Notes under the pieces: model-generated
Database searches by the model: none
What the model was told of the DNA's origin: nothing
What the model saw: only the letters and a program-made list of their open reading frames with translations
Shown here: positions 1 to 10,250 of the stretch, piece by piece
Layout: each line of letters opens with the position of its first letter
Position numbering within the stretch: the stretch's first letter is position 1
Assembly (NCBI GenBank): GCA_963715985.1
Contig: CAVQSP010000015.1
Location: forward strand, 118,567-182,566
Source: an uncultured Thermoleophilia bacterium
GTDB lineage: Bacteria > Actinomycetota > Thermoleophilia > UBA2241
Length of the DNA stretch: 64,000 nucleotides
Direction: 5' to 3'
Position numbers and translations under genes: made by a program

Positions 1-463
1 CGTTGAAGTCGAGGGTCACGGTCTGCGACGTCACCGATGCGACGAGACCCAATCCACTGGCGAACTGGTAGAACTCGACGTTCACCTGGAACAGGTTACC
101 GTTGAACCAGTAGCCGGGGATGTTCGGGAGCACCACCATCTTGGACTGCGTGGTGCCGACGGGATAGGCGTAGGGACCAAAATCGCTCGCGCCCTGGACC
201 TTCGCGAGAGTCCACGCGGACCATGTGGGATCGCTGGCGTTGTCTTTCGCACGGACCCAGAACGCCACGTAGTTCGCGTTGAGGCTGGCCGCCGAATACG
301 TGACCTTCACGGTGGTGTCGCCCGCCCACGTCTGTCCGTCGTTCACGATCGCGGTGTCGGTGGCGGCCAGTGCCACAGCAGGCACGATCGCCATGACCAG
401 CATGGCGACCACCACCGCAAGGAGGATCACTCCTCTCTTACTCCGTCGTTTCGTTTGCTGCAT
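1..463 (-). CDS. Secreted/surface protein, 5' part (runs off the left edge)
   Basis: Not in the ORF track because it is truncated. ATG at 463 with AGGAGG RBS at 471-476; open to the window edge. MQQTKRRSKRGVILLAVVVAMLVMAIVPAVALA is a Sec signal peptide followed by beta-rich sequence. Confidence 0.8.
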   Translation of the reverse strand, partial: MQQTKRRSKRGVILLAVVVAMLVMAIVPAVALAATDTAIVNDGQTWAGDTTVKVTYSAASLNANYVAFWVRAKDNASDPTWSAWTLAKVQGASDFGPYAYPVGTTQSKMVVLPNIPGYWFNGNLFQVNVEFYQFASGLGLVASVTSQTVTLDFN

Positions 464-959
464 GTTACGACCTCCTGAATGGTTCAACACGATGGCTTTG
501 AGCCAAGCTGACGTGGGATGGCGCACCCACGGGGACGCATGTATCTCTCACGACACGACCACCTCCTAGGCTTGCTTGCAGAGCCCTACCCGCCTGAGTC
601 GGGGCCATGGACTGACCCGCTTTCGCGCCCCAGCTGTCGCTGCACGAACAGTTGGCGCGCCCCCTCGTTGCGTTACTCCACACAGCTGAACACTCTATAA
701 CGAGTACGTCGAGGGAGTCCAGCAGGCTGCTGGCCCCGGCGACGGTGACCGTATGGGTTGTCGGTTGGGGGGTTCTCAAGGTCGAGCGACCTCCAGATCG
801 ACTCTGTCAGGTGTCTCTCTACAACGCGAGCCTCGGTATTCCTTCTCCGGCAGTAGCAGCCACCTCCTCGCTCGTCGCTCCAGGAGCGCCCATCACGGAC
901 GTGATGTCGCGCGGGCCCTCCATGCCGTGGGCCGCCCTCGCGGGCTGGTCCGTTGAGGC

Positions 960-988
960 ACTCTACCGTGCCGTCCGTCGCCGCGCAA
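960..988 (-). promoter_or_regulatory. Sigma70-type promoter TTGCGC-17-TAGAGT facing the secreted-protein gene
   Basis: Same hexamers and 17-nt spacing as the promoter upstream of guaB3 (14160-14188). A second candidate, TGGACT-18-TAGAGT, lies at 692-721. Confidence 0.5.
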
Positions 989-1327
989 CACGGAAGAACG
1001 AATTCCTTCACGCCGGCTCAACATGGCCGAAACGGCCAGACGGGACCCTTTCCACATACCCCGAGACGCGAGAGTCCACGCTCCGCCGAGCCCCGGGGAA
1101 CTCCCGAGGCGGCACGCGATCCTAGGTGTCGCGCGCCCTCGCGCGCGTCATGGTAAAGCGTGCGCGAAGGCCCGCGGCGGGGCGGAACGCCGGGGCGTCC
1201 TGGCCGGGGCCGGCGCGCGCGCCGGCGCGCGTGAGGCGCCCACGGCGCCGGCGCAGTCACGGAAGAAGGGGGCCTGGGCGGGGCGGCGGCGGCCGCGGCC
1301 GGGGCCGCGGCCGCCGTCGCGGACGCT

Positions 1328-1669
1328 CTACTTGATGGCGTCGCGGCCGCGCTCGCCGGTGCGCGTGCGCACGGCGTCGTCCACGGGCATGACGAAGATC
1401 TTGCCCTCGCCGATCTGGTTGCTCTTCAGCGAGGCGGTGATGGCGTGCACGATGCGCTCGACGTCCTGTTCGAGCACCACCATCTCGACCTTCATCTTGG
1501 GGTGGAACCTGTACTCGCCCGGCTTGACGTCCTCGCCGCGCGTGAAGCCCTTCTGCACGCCGAACCCCTTGACCTCGGCCACCGACATGCCGACCACGCC
1601 CTCGACGGCCAGGGCCTCGGCCACCGCGTCGAGGTTGTACGGCTGGATGTAACACTCGATCTTCTTCAT
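1328..1669 (-). CDS. glnB: P-II family nitrogen regulatory protein (atypical T-loop)
   Basis: MKKIECYIQP...GFGVQKG...PKMKVE...GEGKIFVMPVDDAVRTRTGERG matches the P-II signatures. AAGGAG RBS 8 nt before ATG 1669. Confidence 0.9.
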   Translation of the reverse strand: MKKIECYIQPYNLDAVAEALAVEGVVGMSVAEVKGFGVQKGFTRGEDVKPGEYRFHPKMKVEMVVLEQDVERIVHAITASLKSNQIGEGKIFVMPVDDAVRTRTGERGRDAIK

Positions 1670-1764
1670 GCTCACCGCTCCTTTCGACCCACCGTCAGCA
1701 CGCCGCGGTGGGATGCGTTCTCACGTCCGCGCATCGGTCTGCGCCGTACCTTACCCCGGACGAC

Positions 1765-3126
<1,362 letters not shown>

Positions 3127-3459
3127 GTAGTGCCCTCCACTAGGCGACTCAGGTCTGGGTGCGCATCGGGCTCCGCGGCGTACCGCGCGCGGCAGGTCGA
3201 GCAATGGCCGGGCGCGTCCGTGAGCGGGGCGCCGCGAGTATACGCCCTCGTGTACCACCCCGCAGTCGCCATTCGGGCCAAACTTGGACGCGGAACATGG
3301 GCCAAGTGGTACATCGTGGCCCATGACGCGGAGGCGAGCGGCCGGAGAAGCGGGGCGGGCGGCGGACGAAGGTCCCCCCGCCCGCCCGACACCCCGCGCG
3401 GCTGCGACACCCATGGTCCTTGTACAGGGAGTCTAATCAGCACGGGTCGGATTGGCACC

Positions 3460-3501
3460 TTGTCCCGACAAATTGACGATGCCGCCACACGCTCCTATAG
3501 T
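3460..3501 (+). promoter_or_regulatory. abfD operon promoter TTGACG-17-TATAGT, with palindrome TTGTC-N2-GACAA just upstream of the -35
   Basis: Near-consensus -35 (3473-3478) and -10 (3496-3501). The palindrome at 3460-3471 resembles GntR/FadR-type operators. Confidence 0.65.
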
Positions 3502-3604
3502 CAACAGTACCGCACACGAACGAACGCGCGGGCGCCCCTGCCACGAGGCCCCGTGCGGGCACGGCCAGCGCAGCGCCCGGTGGCGCGAGGAAGGAGTCGC
3601 ACGC

Positions 3605-5104
3605 ATGACTCTCAGGACGCCCGAAGAGTTCATCCAGAGCATCGCGGACCTGCATCTGCAGATCTACCTCTTCGGCGAGAAGGTCGACGACTACGTAAGG
3701 CACCCGGTCATCCGCCCCAGCATCAACTGCATCGCCATGACGTACGAGCTGGCGCAGCAGCCCGAGTACGAGGACCTCATGCTGGCCACGAGCCACTTGA
3801 GCGGCCGCAAGGTCAACCGCTTCAGCCACATCCACCAGTCCACCGACGACCTCTCCAAGAAGGTCAAGATGCAGCGCCTGCTGGGCCAGAAGACCGGCTC
3901 CTGCTTCCAGCGCTGCGTGGGCATGGACGCCATCAACGCGCTGTACTCCGTCACCTACGAGATCGACCAGGCCAGGGGCACCGACTACCACGCCCGCTTC
4001 AAGGACTACGTGCGCTACCTGCAGGACAACGACCTGGTGGCGGATGGGGCCATGACCGACCCCAAGGGCGACCGCTCCCTGGCGCCGCATCAGCAGCCTG
4101 ACCCCGATGTGTACGTCCACATCGTGGAGAGGCGCGACGACGGCATCGTGGTACGCGGCGCCAAGGCGCACCAGACGGGCGCCTGCAACTCACACGAGAT
4201 CGTGGTGATGCCGACCGTGGCGATGCGCGAGGGCGACGAGGACTTCGCCGTGAGCTTCAGCTGTCCGGCCAACGCCGAGGGCGTGTACTACATCTACGGC
4301 CGCCAGAGCTGCGACACGCGCAAGCTCGAGGAGTCGGACCTGGACGTCGGCAACATGCGCTACGGCGGCCAGGAGGCCTTGATGGTCTTCGACGACGTGT
4401 TCGTGCCGTGGGAGCGCGTGTACATGTGCGGAGAGATCGAGTTCTCGGGCGCGCTCGTGGAGCGCTTCGCCGGCTTCCACCGCCAGAGCTACGGCGGCTG
4501 CAAGGTCGGCGTGGGCGACGTGCTCATCGGCGCCGCCGCCCTGGCCGCCGACTACAACGGCGTCGCCAAGGCCAGCCACATCAAGGACAAGATCATCGAG
4601 ATGACGCACCTCAACGAGACGCTGTTCTCGTGCGGGCTGGCCTGCTCCTACGAGGGCGTCAAGATGCCGGCGGGCAACTACCAGATCGACATGCTGCTCG
4701 CCAACGTATGCAAGCAGAACGTGACGCGCTTCCCCTACGAGATCGCGCGCCTCGCCGAGGACATCGCCGGCGGCCTCATGGTCACCATGCCGTCGGCGCA
4801 GGACCTCGCCGACGCCAAGCTCGGCCCCATCGTGGAGAAGTTCCTCGCCGGCTCCTGCGACACGCCGACCATCGACCGCATGCGCGTGCTGCGCCTCATC
4901 GAGAACCTCACCATCGGCGCGGGCGCCGTCGGCTACCGCACGGAGTCCATGCACGGCGCCGGTTCGCCGCAGGCCCAGCGCATCATGATCGCGCGCCAGT
5001 CCAACCTGGACCACAAGAAGGACCTGGCCAAGGCCATCGCGGAGGTCGGCAAGCCGTGGGCCAAAGAGAACGTGAAGAAGCCCACGGCCGTGCCCGCCCA
5101 CTAA
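3605..5104 (+). CDS. abfD: 4-hydroxybutyryl-CoA dehydratase / vinylacetyl-CoA isomerase (FAD, [4Fe-4S])
   Basis: Fe-S ligand motifs GSCFQRCVGMD and FHRQSYGGCKVG, plus AMTDPKGDRS and ESMHGAGSPQAQR. Clustered with cat2 and an Fe-ADH. Confidence 0.93.
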   Translation: MTLRTPEEFIQSIADLHLQIYLFGEKVDDYVRHPVIRPSINCIAMTYELAQQPEYEDLMLATSHLSGRKVNRFSHIHQSTDDLSKKVKMQRLLGQKTGSCFQRCVGMDAINALYSVTYEIDQARGTDYHARFKDYVRYLQDNDLVADGAMTDPKGDRSLAPHQQPDPDVYVHIVERRDDGIVVRGAKAHQTGACNSHEIVVMPTVAMREGDEDFAVSFSCPANAEGVYYIYGRQSCDTRKLEESDLDVGNMRYGGQEALMVFDDVFVPWERVYMCGEIEFSGALVERFAGFHRQSYGGCKVGVGDVLIGAAALAADYNGVAKASHIKDKIIEMTHLNETLFSCGLACSYEGVKMPAGNYQIDMLLANVCKQNVTRFPYEIARLAEDIAGGLMVTMPSAQDLADAKLGPIVEKFLAGSCDTPTIDRMRVLRLIENLTIGAGAVGYRTESMHGAGSPQAQRIMIARQSNLDHKKDLAKAIAEVGKPWAKENVKKPTAVPAH

Positions 5105-5165
5105 TGCACGGGAGAGCTATTGAGCGATCGCCGGCGCCGAAGGCGCTTTGGCGGACGGACTGACG

Positions 5166-5543
5166 ATGGAGGGGGAGGCACGCACAGCGCCTGAGCCTCA
5201 GGTCAAGCCTGAGTCCGGCCGGGATCCCGCGAAGAGAGCGGACGTCGTCTACTGCGGCGGCTGCAACCCCCACATCGACCGCACGGCCGTCGCGGCGGAG
5301 CTGCCGCTCGACGATCCCGACATACGACCCGGCGCGACCGTGCACCTCAGCGGGTGCCCGCGGGCCTGCGCCTCGGACCATCAGCTGACCGGCCGGCCCG
5401 GCCACGACGATGCGCACGAGTCCGGGGGCGCGCCCCCGGACGACGCCCCCGTCGTCGTGATCGTCGCCGGCGAGCTGGTCGACGGCGTCCCCACAGCCGC
5501 CGCAGAGCTCGCCCCGGCCGTCACGCGCAAGCTCAAGGAGTGA
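5166..5543 (+). CDS. Small Cys-rich hypothetical protein (YCGGCNP...GCPRAC)
   Basis: Four Cys in two motifs; fills the gap between abfD and cat2, and its 3' end carries the cat2 RBS. Confidence 0.75.
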   Translation: MEGEARTAPEPQVKPESGRDPAKRADVVYCGGCNPHIDRTAVAAELPLDDPDIRPGATVHLSGCPRACASDHQLTGRPGHDDAHESGGAPPDDAPVVVIVAGELVDGVPTAAAELAPAVTRKLKE

Positions 5544-5548
5544 CGGGG

Positions 5549-6859
5549 ATGGAGTGGAAGACGGAGTACGACCGCAAGCGCACGTCGGCCGCCCAGGCTA
5601 TGGAGTGCGTGAAGTCGAGAGACCGGGTGGTGTTCGCCCACGCCTGCGGCGAGCCGCTCGATCTGGTGGACGCGCTCGTCGCCCGCGCCGGCGAGCTCAA
5701 GGACGTTGAGATCAACCACATGGTCGCGATGGGCAAGGGCGAGTACTGCCGGCCCGAGCTCGCCGACTCGTTCTTCCACAAGTCCCTGTTCGTCGGCGCG
5801 TCCTCGCGAGGAGCCGTCAAGGAAGGTCGCGGCGACTACATCCCCGTCTTCTTCAGCGAGATCCCCAAACTGTTCTGCGAGGGCTATCTGCCGCCCGACG
5901 TGGTCCTGATCCACGTCTCGCCGCCCGACAAGCACGGCTTCTGCTCCTTCGGCATCTCGGTGGACTACACCAAGCCCGCGGCCCAGGTGGCGAAGACGGT
6001 CGTGGCCCAGGTGAACCCCAACATGCCGCGCACCCACGGCGACTCGTTCATCCATGTCTCCGAGATCGACTTCATCGTCGAGAGCGAGCAGCCGATCATC
6101 GAGCTCCAGCCGCCGGCGATCGGCCCGGTCGAGGAGGCCATCGGCAAGCACATAGCGGGCCTCGTCGAGGACGGCTCCTGCCTGCAGCTCGGCATCGGCG
6201 GCATCCCCGACGCGGTGCTCCTCTTCCTGCACGAGAAGAACGACCTCGGCATCCACAGTGAGATGTTCAGTGAGGGTGTCGTGGACCTCTACAACGAGGG
6301 CGTCATCACGAACCGCAACAAGGCGATCAACCGCGACAAGATGGCGGCGACCTTCCTGATGGGCACGCGCCGCCTCTACGACTTCGTCGACGACAACCCG
6401 GCCGTCAACATGTTCCCGGTGAACATCATCAACGACCCGTACCTCATCGGCCAGAACGATCGTGTGGTGGCCATCAACTCGGCCATCCAGGTCGACCTCA
6501 TGGGCCAGGTCGTGGCCGACGCCATGGGCGCGACGCAGTTCACCGGCATCGGCGGCCAAGTGGACTTCGTGCGCGGCGCCGCCCGCAGCCGCGACGGCAA
6601 GGCCATCATCGCCCTGCCCTCGACGGCCAAGAAGGGCACCGTGTCGCGCATCGTCGCGGCCATCGCCCCCGGCACCGCGGTGACCACGATGCGCGCCGAC
6701 GTCGACTACATCGTCACGGAGCACGGCGTGGCGCACCTGCGAGGCCTCGGCCTGCGCGAGCGCGCCGAGGCCCTCATCGGCATCGCCGACCCGGCGTTCA
6801 GAGACCAGATCCGCGAGGAGGCGGCCGCCGTCTACGGGCCCGGCCGCCTGGCTCGCTAG
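5549..6859 (+). CDS. cat2: 4-hydroxybutyrate CoA-transferase (acetyl-CoA hydrolase/transferase family)
   Basis: VSPPDKHGFCSFGISVDY, LQLGIGGIPDAV, LGIHSEMF (catalytic Glu), GIGGQVDFVRGA, VTEHGVAHLRG. Confidence 0.9.
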   Translation: MEWKTEYDRKRTSAAQAMECVKSRDRVVFAHACGEPLDLVDALVARAGELKDVEINHMVAMGKGEYCRPELADSFFHKSLFVGASSRGAVKEGRGDYIPVFFSEIPKLFCEGYLPPDVVLIHVSPPDKHGFCSFGISVDYTKPAAQVAKTVVAQVNPNMPRTHGDSFIHVSEIDFIVESEQPIIELQPPAIGPVEEAIGKHIAGLVEDGSCLQLGIGGIPDAVLLFLHEKNDLGIHSEMFSEGVVDLYNEGVITNRNKAINRDKMAATFLMGTRRLYDFVDDNPAVNMFPVNIINDPYLIGQNDRVVAINSAIQVDLMGQVVADAMGATQFTGIGGQVDFVRGAARSRDGKAIIALPSTAKKGTVSRIVAAIAPGTAVTTMRADVDYIVTEHGVAHLRGLGLRERAEALIGIADPAFRDQIREEAAAVYGPGRLAR

Positions 6860-6957
6860 CGACCGCAGGCACAACAGCGAGCGGGGCGCCGGAGGCGCAC
6901 CGCTCACTAGCGACCGATGGCACGATAGCGAGCGGGGCGCCGGAGGCACACCGCTCA
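6856..6957 (+). repeat. Two tandem 51-bp units starting at the cat2 stop codon, each with a GAGCGG-GGCGCC-GGA-GGC(G/A)C-A-CCGCTC hairpin
   Basis: Units 6856-6906 and 6907-6957 read directly from the sequence, with a few substitutions. Confidence 0.9.
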
Positions 6958-6986
6958 GCAGCACCTACACGGAGGAGTACGCAGTC

Positions 6987-8252
6987 ATGGACCACGTTCA
7001 CAACGAACCCGAGCCGCGCGTCTTTTCGGCACAGGCCGGCGGTCAGCAGGTGGAAGGCCGGCGCGTGGAGCGCAAGATGCGCATCCACCGCCAGCCCAAG
7101 ACCCTGATCACGGGTCTCGGCGCCCTCGAGCAGCTCGGTGTGGAGGCCAAGAAGCTCAACGGCTCCAAGGTGCTCGTCATCACGGACAAGGGCGTGAGCG
7201 AGTGCGGTATGTGCGTGGACGTCGAGCGCCCGCTCGTGGACGCCGGCCTCGAGGTCTCCTTCTACGACGAGGCCGTCCCCGAGCCGCCGATGAGCACCAT
7301 CGAGGAGATCGTGCGCGTGGTCGAGAAGGGCGGGTACGACCTCATCGTCGGGTTCGGCGGCGGCTCGCCGATCGACGTGGCCAAGGCGGCGGCGGTCCTG
7401 CCGCATACCGGTGACACGGTCTACGACTACGTGGGCATCGACATGGTGAAGCGCAAGGGCCTGCCGATCATCGCCGTGCCCACCACCGCCGGCACCGGCT
7501 CGGAGTGCACGGCCATCGCCATCTTCGCCAACGAGAAGCTCAACGTGAAGCAGGGCCTCGTGAGCCCGTTCCTCATGCCCAACGTGGCCCTCATCGACCC
7601 GGCCCTGACCCTGAGCTGCCCGCCCAACGTGACGGCCGCCTCCGGCATGGACGCCCTCATCCACAACATCGAGGCGTACATCTCCGTGAACGCGACCATG
7701 CACACCGACTCGCTCGCCTACGAAGGCATCAAGCTGATCAGCGCCAGCATCCGCACAGCCGTGTACGACGGCGGCAACATGTGGGCCCGAGACAGCATGG
7801 CGATGGGCTCCATGATGGGCGGTATCGCCTTCGGCAACGCGGGCGTGGGCGCCGTGCACGCGCTGTCCTACCCGATCGGCGGCATGTTCCACGTGCCGCA
7901 CGGCGTTGCCAACACGATGGTGTTGCCGTGGGCGATGGAGTACAACATGCTCGCCTGCCTGCGCTGGTTCAAGCAGTTCGGCGAGGCCATGGGCGAGAAC
8001 ATGATCGGGCTCTCCGACCGCGAGGCCGCCGAGAAGACCGTCGCCGCCCTGCGGCTGCTGGCCGACGACCTCAACGTCCCGCAGTACCTGAGCGACGTCG
8101 GCATCCCCGAGTCCGCCATCCCCGACCTCGTGGAGGGCGCCAAGACCCAGGTGCGGCTCTGGAACAACAACCCGCGCAAGTTCACGCCGGAGGACATGGA
8201 GCAGGTGTACCGCAACATGGCCGTGCGGCCGGGCTCGAAGCCCGTGCAGTAG
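6987..8252 (+). CDS. Iron-containing alcohol dehydrogenase (probable 4-hydroxybutyrate dehydrogenase)
   Basis: GFGGGSPIDVAKA, AVPTTAGTGSE, GMDALIHNIE, GAVHALSY..HVPHGVAN. GGAGGAG RBS; substrate inferred from context. Confidence 0.88.
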   Translation: MDHVHNEPEPRVFSAQAGGQQVEGRRVERKMRIHRQPKTLITGLGALEQLGVEAKKLNGSKVLVITDKGVSECGMCVDVERPLVDAGLEVSFYDEAVPEPPMSTIEEIVRVVEKGGYDLIVGFGGGSPIDVAKAAAVLPHTGDTVYDYVGIDMVKRKGLPIIAVPTTAGTGSECTAIAIFANEKLNVKQGLVSPFLMPNVALIDPALTLSCPPNVTAASGMDALIHNIEAYISVNATMHTDSLAYEGIKLISASIRTAVYDGGNMWARDSMAMGSMMGGIAFGNAGVGAVHALSYPIGGMFHVPHGVANTMVLPWAMEYNMLACLRWFKQFGEAMGENMIGLSDREAAEKTVAALRLLADDLNVPQYLSDVGIPESAIPDLVEGAKTQVRLWNNNPRKFTPEDMEQVYRNMAVRPGSKPVQ

Positions 8253-8257
8253 AAGCA

Positions 8258-8314
8258 ACGCGCGAAGGGCGGGCGGGGCGGCCGTGAAGGCCGCCCCGCC
8301 CGCCCTTCGCGCGT
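8258..8314. terminator. 26-bp perfect stem-loop between convergent genes
   Basis: acgcgcgaagggcgggcggggcggcc-gtgaa-ggccgccccgcccgcccttcgcgcgt. Confidence 0.8.
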
Positions 8315-8341
8315 ACGCGGCCGGCCTCGGCGGAGGGTCGC

Positions 8342-9382
8342 TCAGCCGGCGCCGAGCGCCTCGGCAACGCCGGTGAGTGTCGCCTCGATGTCTTCGTCGT
8401 CCAGGTCGAGGTGTGTGACGAGGCGTACCGACCACGGCCCCTCATCGAGGCACAGGATGCCGCTTCCGGCGAGCTTCGCGACGAGCTGAGCCGCCGTCAT
8501 CCCCGTGGCCCTGGTGCCGGCGAAGACCATGTTGGTCTGGGCCTTGGCGAGGTCCACCTCCAGGCCCGGGATCTCGGCGAGCCCCTCGGCCAGTCGGCGG
8601 GCGCGGCGGTGGTCGTCGGCCAGGCGATCGACGTTGTGATGCAGGGCGTAGAGCCCGCCGGCGGCGATGATGCCGGCCTGCCGCATGCCGCCGCCGTAGA
8701 TCTTGCGCGCGCGGATGGCCAGACGCATGGTGCCTTCGTCGCCCACCAGCACCGAGCCGATGGGCGCGCCGAGCCCCTTGGACAGGCAGATGCTCACCGT
8801 GTCGAAGAGCTCGGCGTACTGGGCGCACGAGATGCCGGTGACAGCCACGGCGTTGAACAGGCGCGCGCCGTCGAGGTGCAACTTGAGGTCGTGCCGATCG
8901 CAGAAGTCGCGCACGGCGAGGATGTGCTCCATCGGCAGCACCACGCCGCCGCAGTGATTGTGCGTCTGCTCGAGGCAGACGAGCCGAGTCGGCGCCCAGT
9001 GCACGTCGGCGTCGGTGTGGACGTACTCCTCCATCTTCTCCAGGTCGAGCGTGCCGTCCGGGGAGTCGAAGACGCGCATCTGCACCTGGCTGAGCGCGGA
9101 TGCCGCGCCCTGCTCGTAGAACTGGATGTGCGCCTGGGCGTGGAGGAAGACCTCGTCGCCGCGCCGCGTCAGGGAACGGATGGCCGCCTGGTTGCACATC
9201 GTCCCGGAGGGGAAGTACAGCCCGGCCTCCTTGCCGAGCAGCCGGGCCGCATACTCCTCGAGCGCCAGGACGGTCGGGTCGTGGCCGAGGACGTCGTCGT
9301 CCACCTCGGCCTCGAACATGGCCTGCTTCATCGCGGCGGACGGCCGCGTGACCGTGTCGCTGCGGAGGTCGATAGTCTTCAT
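8342..9382 (-). CDS. ltaE: Low-specificity L-threonine aldolase (PLP)
   Basis: IDLRSDTVTRP, PSGTMCNQ, HLDGARLFNA, ICLSKGLGAPIGS, GGGMRQAG. Confidence 0.95.
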   Translation of the reverse strand: MKTIDLRSDTVTRPSAAMKQAMFEAEVDDDVLGHDPTVLALEEYAARLLGKEAGLYFPSGTMCNQAAIRSLTRRGDEVFLHAQAHIQFYEQGAASALSQVQMRVFDSPDGTLDLEKMEEYVHTDADVHWAPTRLVCLEQTHNHCGGVVLPMEHILAVRDFCDRHDLKLHLDGARLFNAVAVTGISCAQYAELFDTVSICLSKGLGAPIGSVLVGDEGTMRLAIRARKIYGGGMRQAGIIAAGGLYALHHNVDRLADDHRRARRLAEGLAEIPGLEVDLAKAQTNMVFAGTRATGMTAAQLVAKLAGSGILCLDEGPWSVRLVTHLDLDDEDIEATLTGVAEALGAG

Positions 9383-9417
9383 GTCACCTTCCTTGCGGAG
9401 ACCGGGGCCTCGTGAGG

Positions 9418-10158
9418 CTATACCCGCTGTGGACGGGCGGCCAGCCCGGCCACGGGGACGCGGGCCTCTCCGCGCCGCCCCGCGCCGCGACGACGGCCGC
9501 GCTGCGACTGGAGCACCCGCCCAGCCGGCCACGCGCGGCCCGGCAGACCGTTGCCGGCCGCCAGCGCCGCCAGCACGTTCCACAGAGGGATCAGCGAGAG
9601 GCCCAGGGCGAGCAGCACGACGCGGACGCGCGGAGCCGGCGTCCAGAAGATGGCGACCTGGTCGGCGACCTCCTGGCGCAGGTGGAAGTCCTCCGGCCAG
9701 TGCAGGAAGAACCTGCCGTCGCGCCGGCCGGCGAACTCCACGCCGGCGTTCTCGAGAGCGTTTGTCTGCTTGCCTGGGTAGTCGACCCAGATATGGTCGA
9801 AGCTCATGCGCAACTCGTTGGGGATGCCCTTGGCCGTGAGGATGCTGGCGAGGACCAGGGCGCGGCTCTCGCAGTCGCCGCGGCCGGCGCGGAGTGCCTC
9901 GGCCGCGGTCGGGAAGTACCACGGCACGCCCGCCGACTGCCAGTCGTACGCGTACGGTACGGCGCGGTCGAGCACGTAGGCCTCGATGGTCTTGGGGTCG
10001 TCGGGGAGGCGCGCGGCGAGCGCGCTGACCGCGGCCGGGTCGACCTGTGGCTCGAGCGTGTTGCGCACGCTGCGGACCAGCGTCCCCGGGTCCGGGTAGA
10101 GCACGACCAGAGCCCAGCTCACGAGAAGGAACACCAGCACACTGCGGGGGAATCTCAT
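9418..10158 (-). CDS. Membrane-anchored transglutaminase-like (Cys protease fold) protein
   Basis: N-terminal TM; GRGDCESRALVLASIL followed by HIWVDY; C-terminal TM. Confidence 0.7.
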   Translation of the reverse strand: MRFPRSVLVFLLVSWALVVLYPDPGTLVRSVRNTLEPQVDPAAVSALAARLPDDPKTIEAYVLDRAVPYAYDWQSAGVPWYFPTAAEALRAGRGDCESRALVLASILTAKGIPNELRMSFDHIWVDYPGKQTNALENAGVEFAGRRDGRFFLHWPEDFHLRQEVADQVAIFWTPAPRVRVVLLALGLSLIPLWNVLAALAAGNGLPGRAWPAGRVLQSQRGRRRGAGRRGEARVPVAGLAARPQRV

Positions 10159-10250
10159 GCCTCCATGATACCCGCGGCGCCCGCGCGCGCGACCCGGCGC
10201 TCTCCTCCCTGCGACCCGGCGACAGACCGGGCGAGATATACTGCCGAGCC

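Noticed and set aside
3452-3470. Sigma54 promoter (TTGGCAC) upstream of abfD
   Set aside because: There is no TTGC at the -12 position, and a good sigma70 promoter lies right next to it.
3605-5104. 4-hydroxyphenylacetate 3-monooxygenase (HpaB) annotation
   Set aside because: Same fold, but the Fe-S Cys/His ligands and the cat2/Fe-ADH context indicate AbfD.
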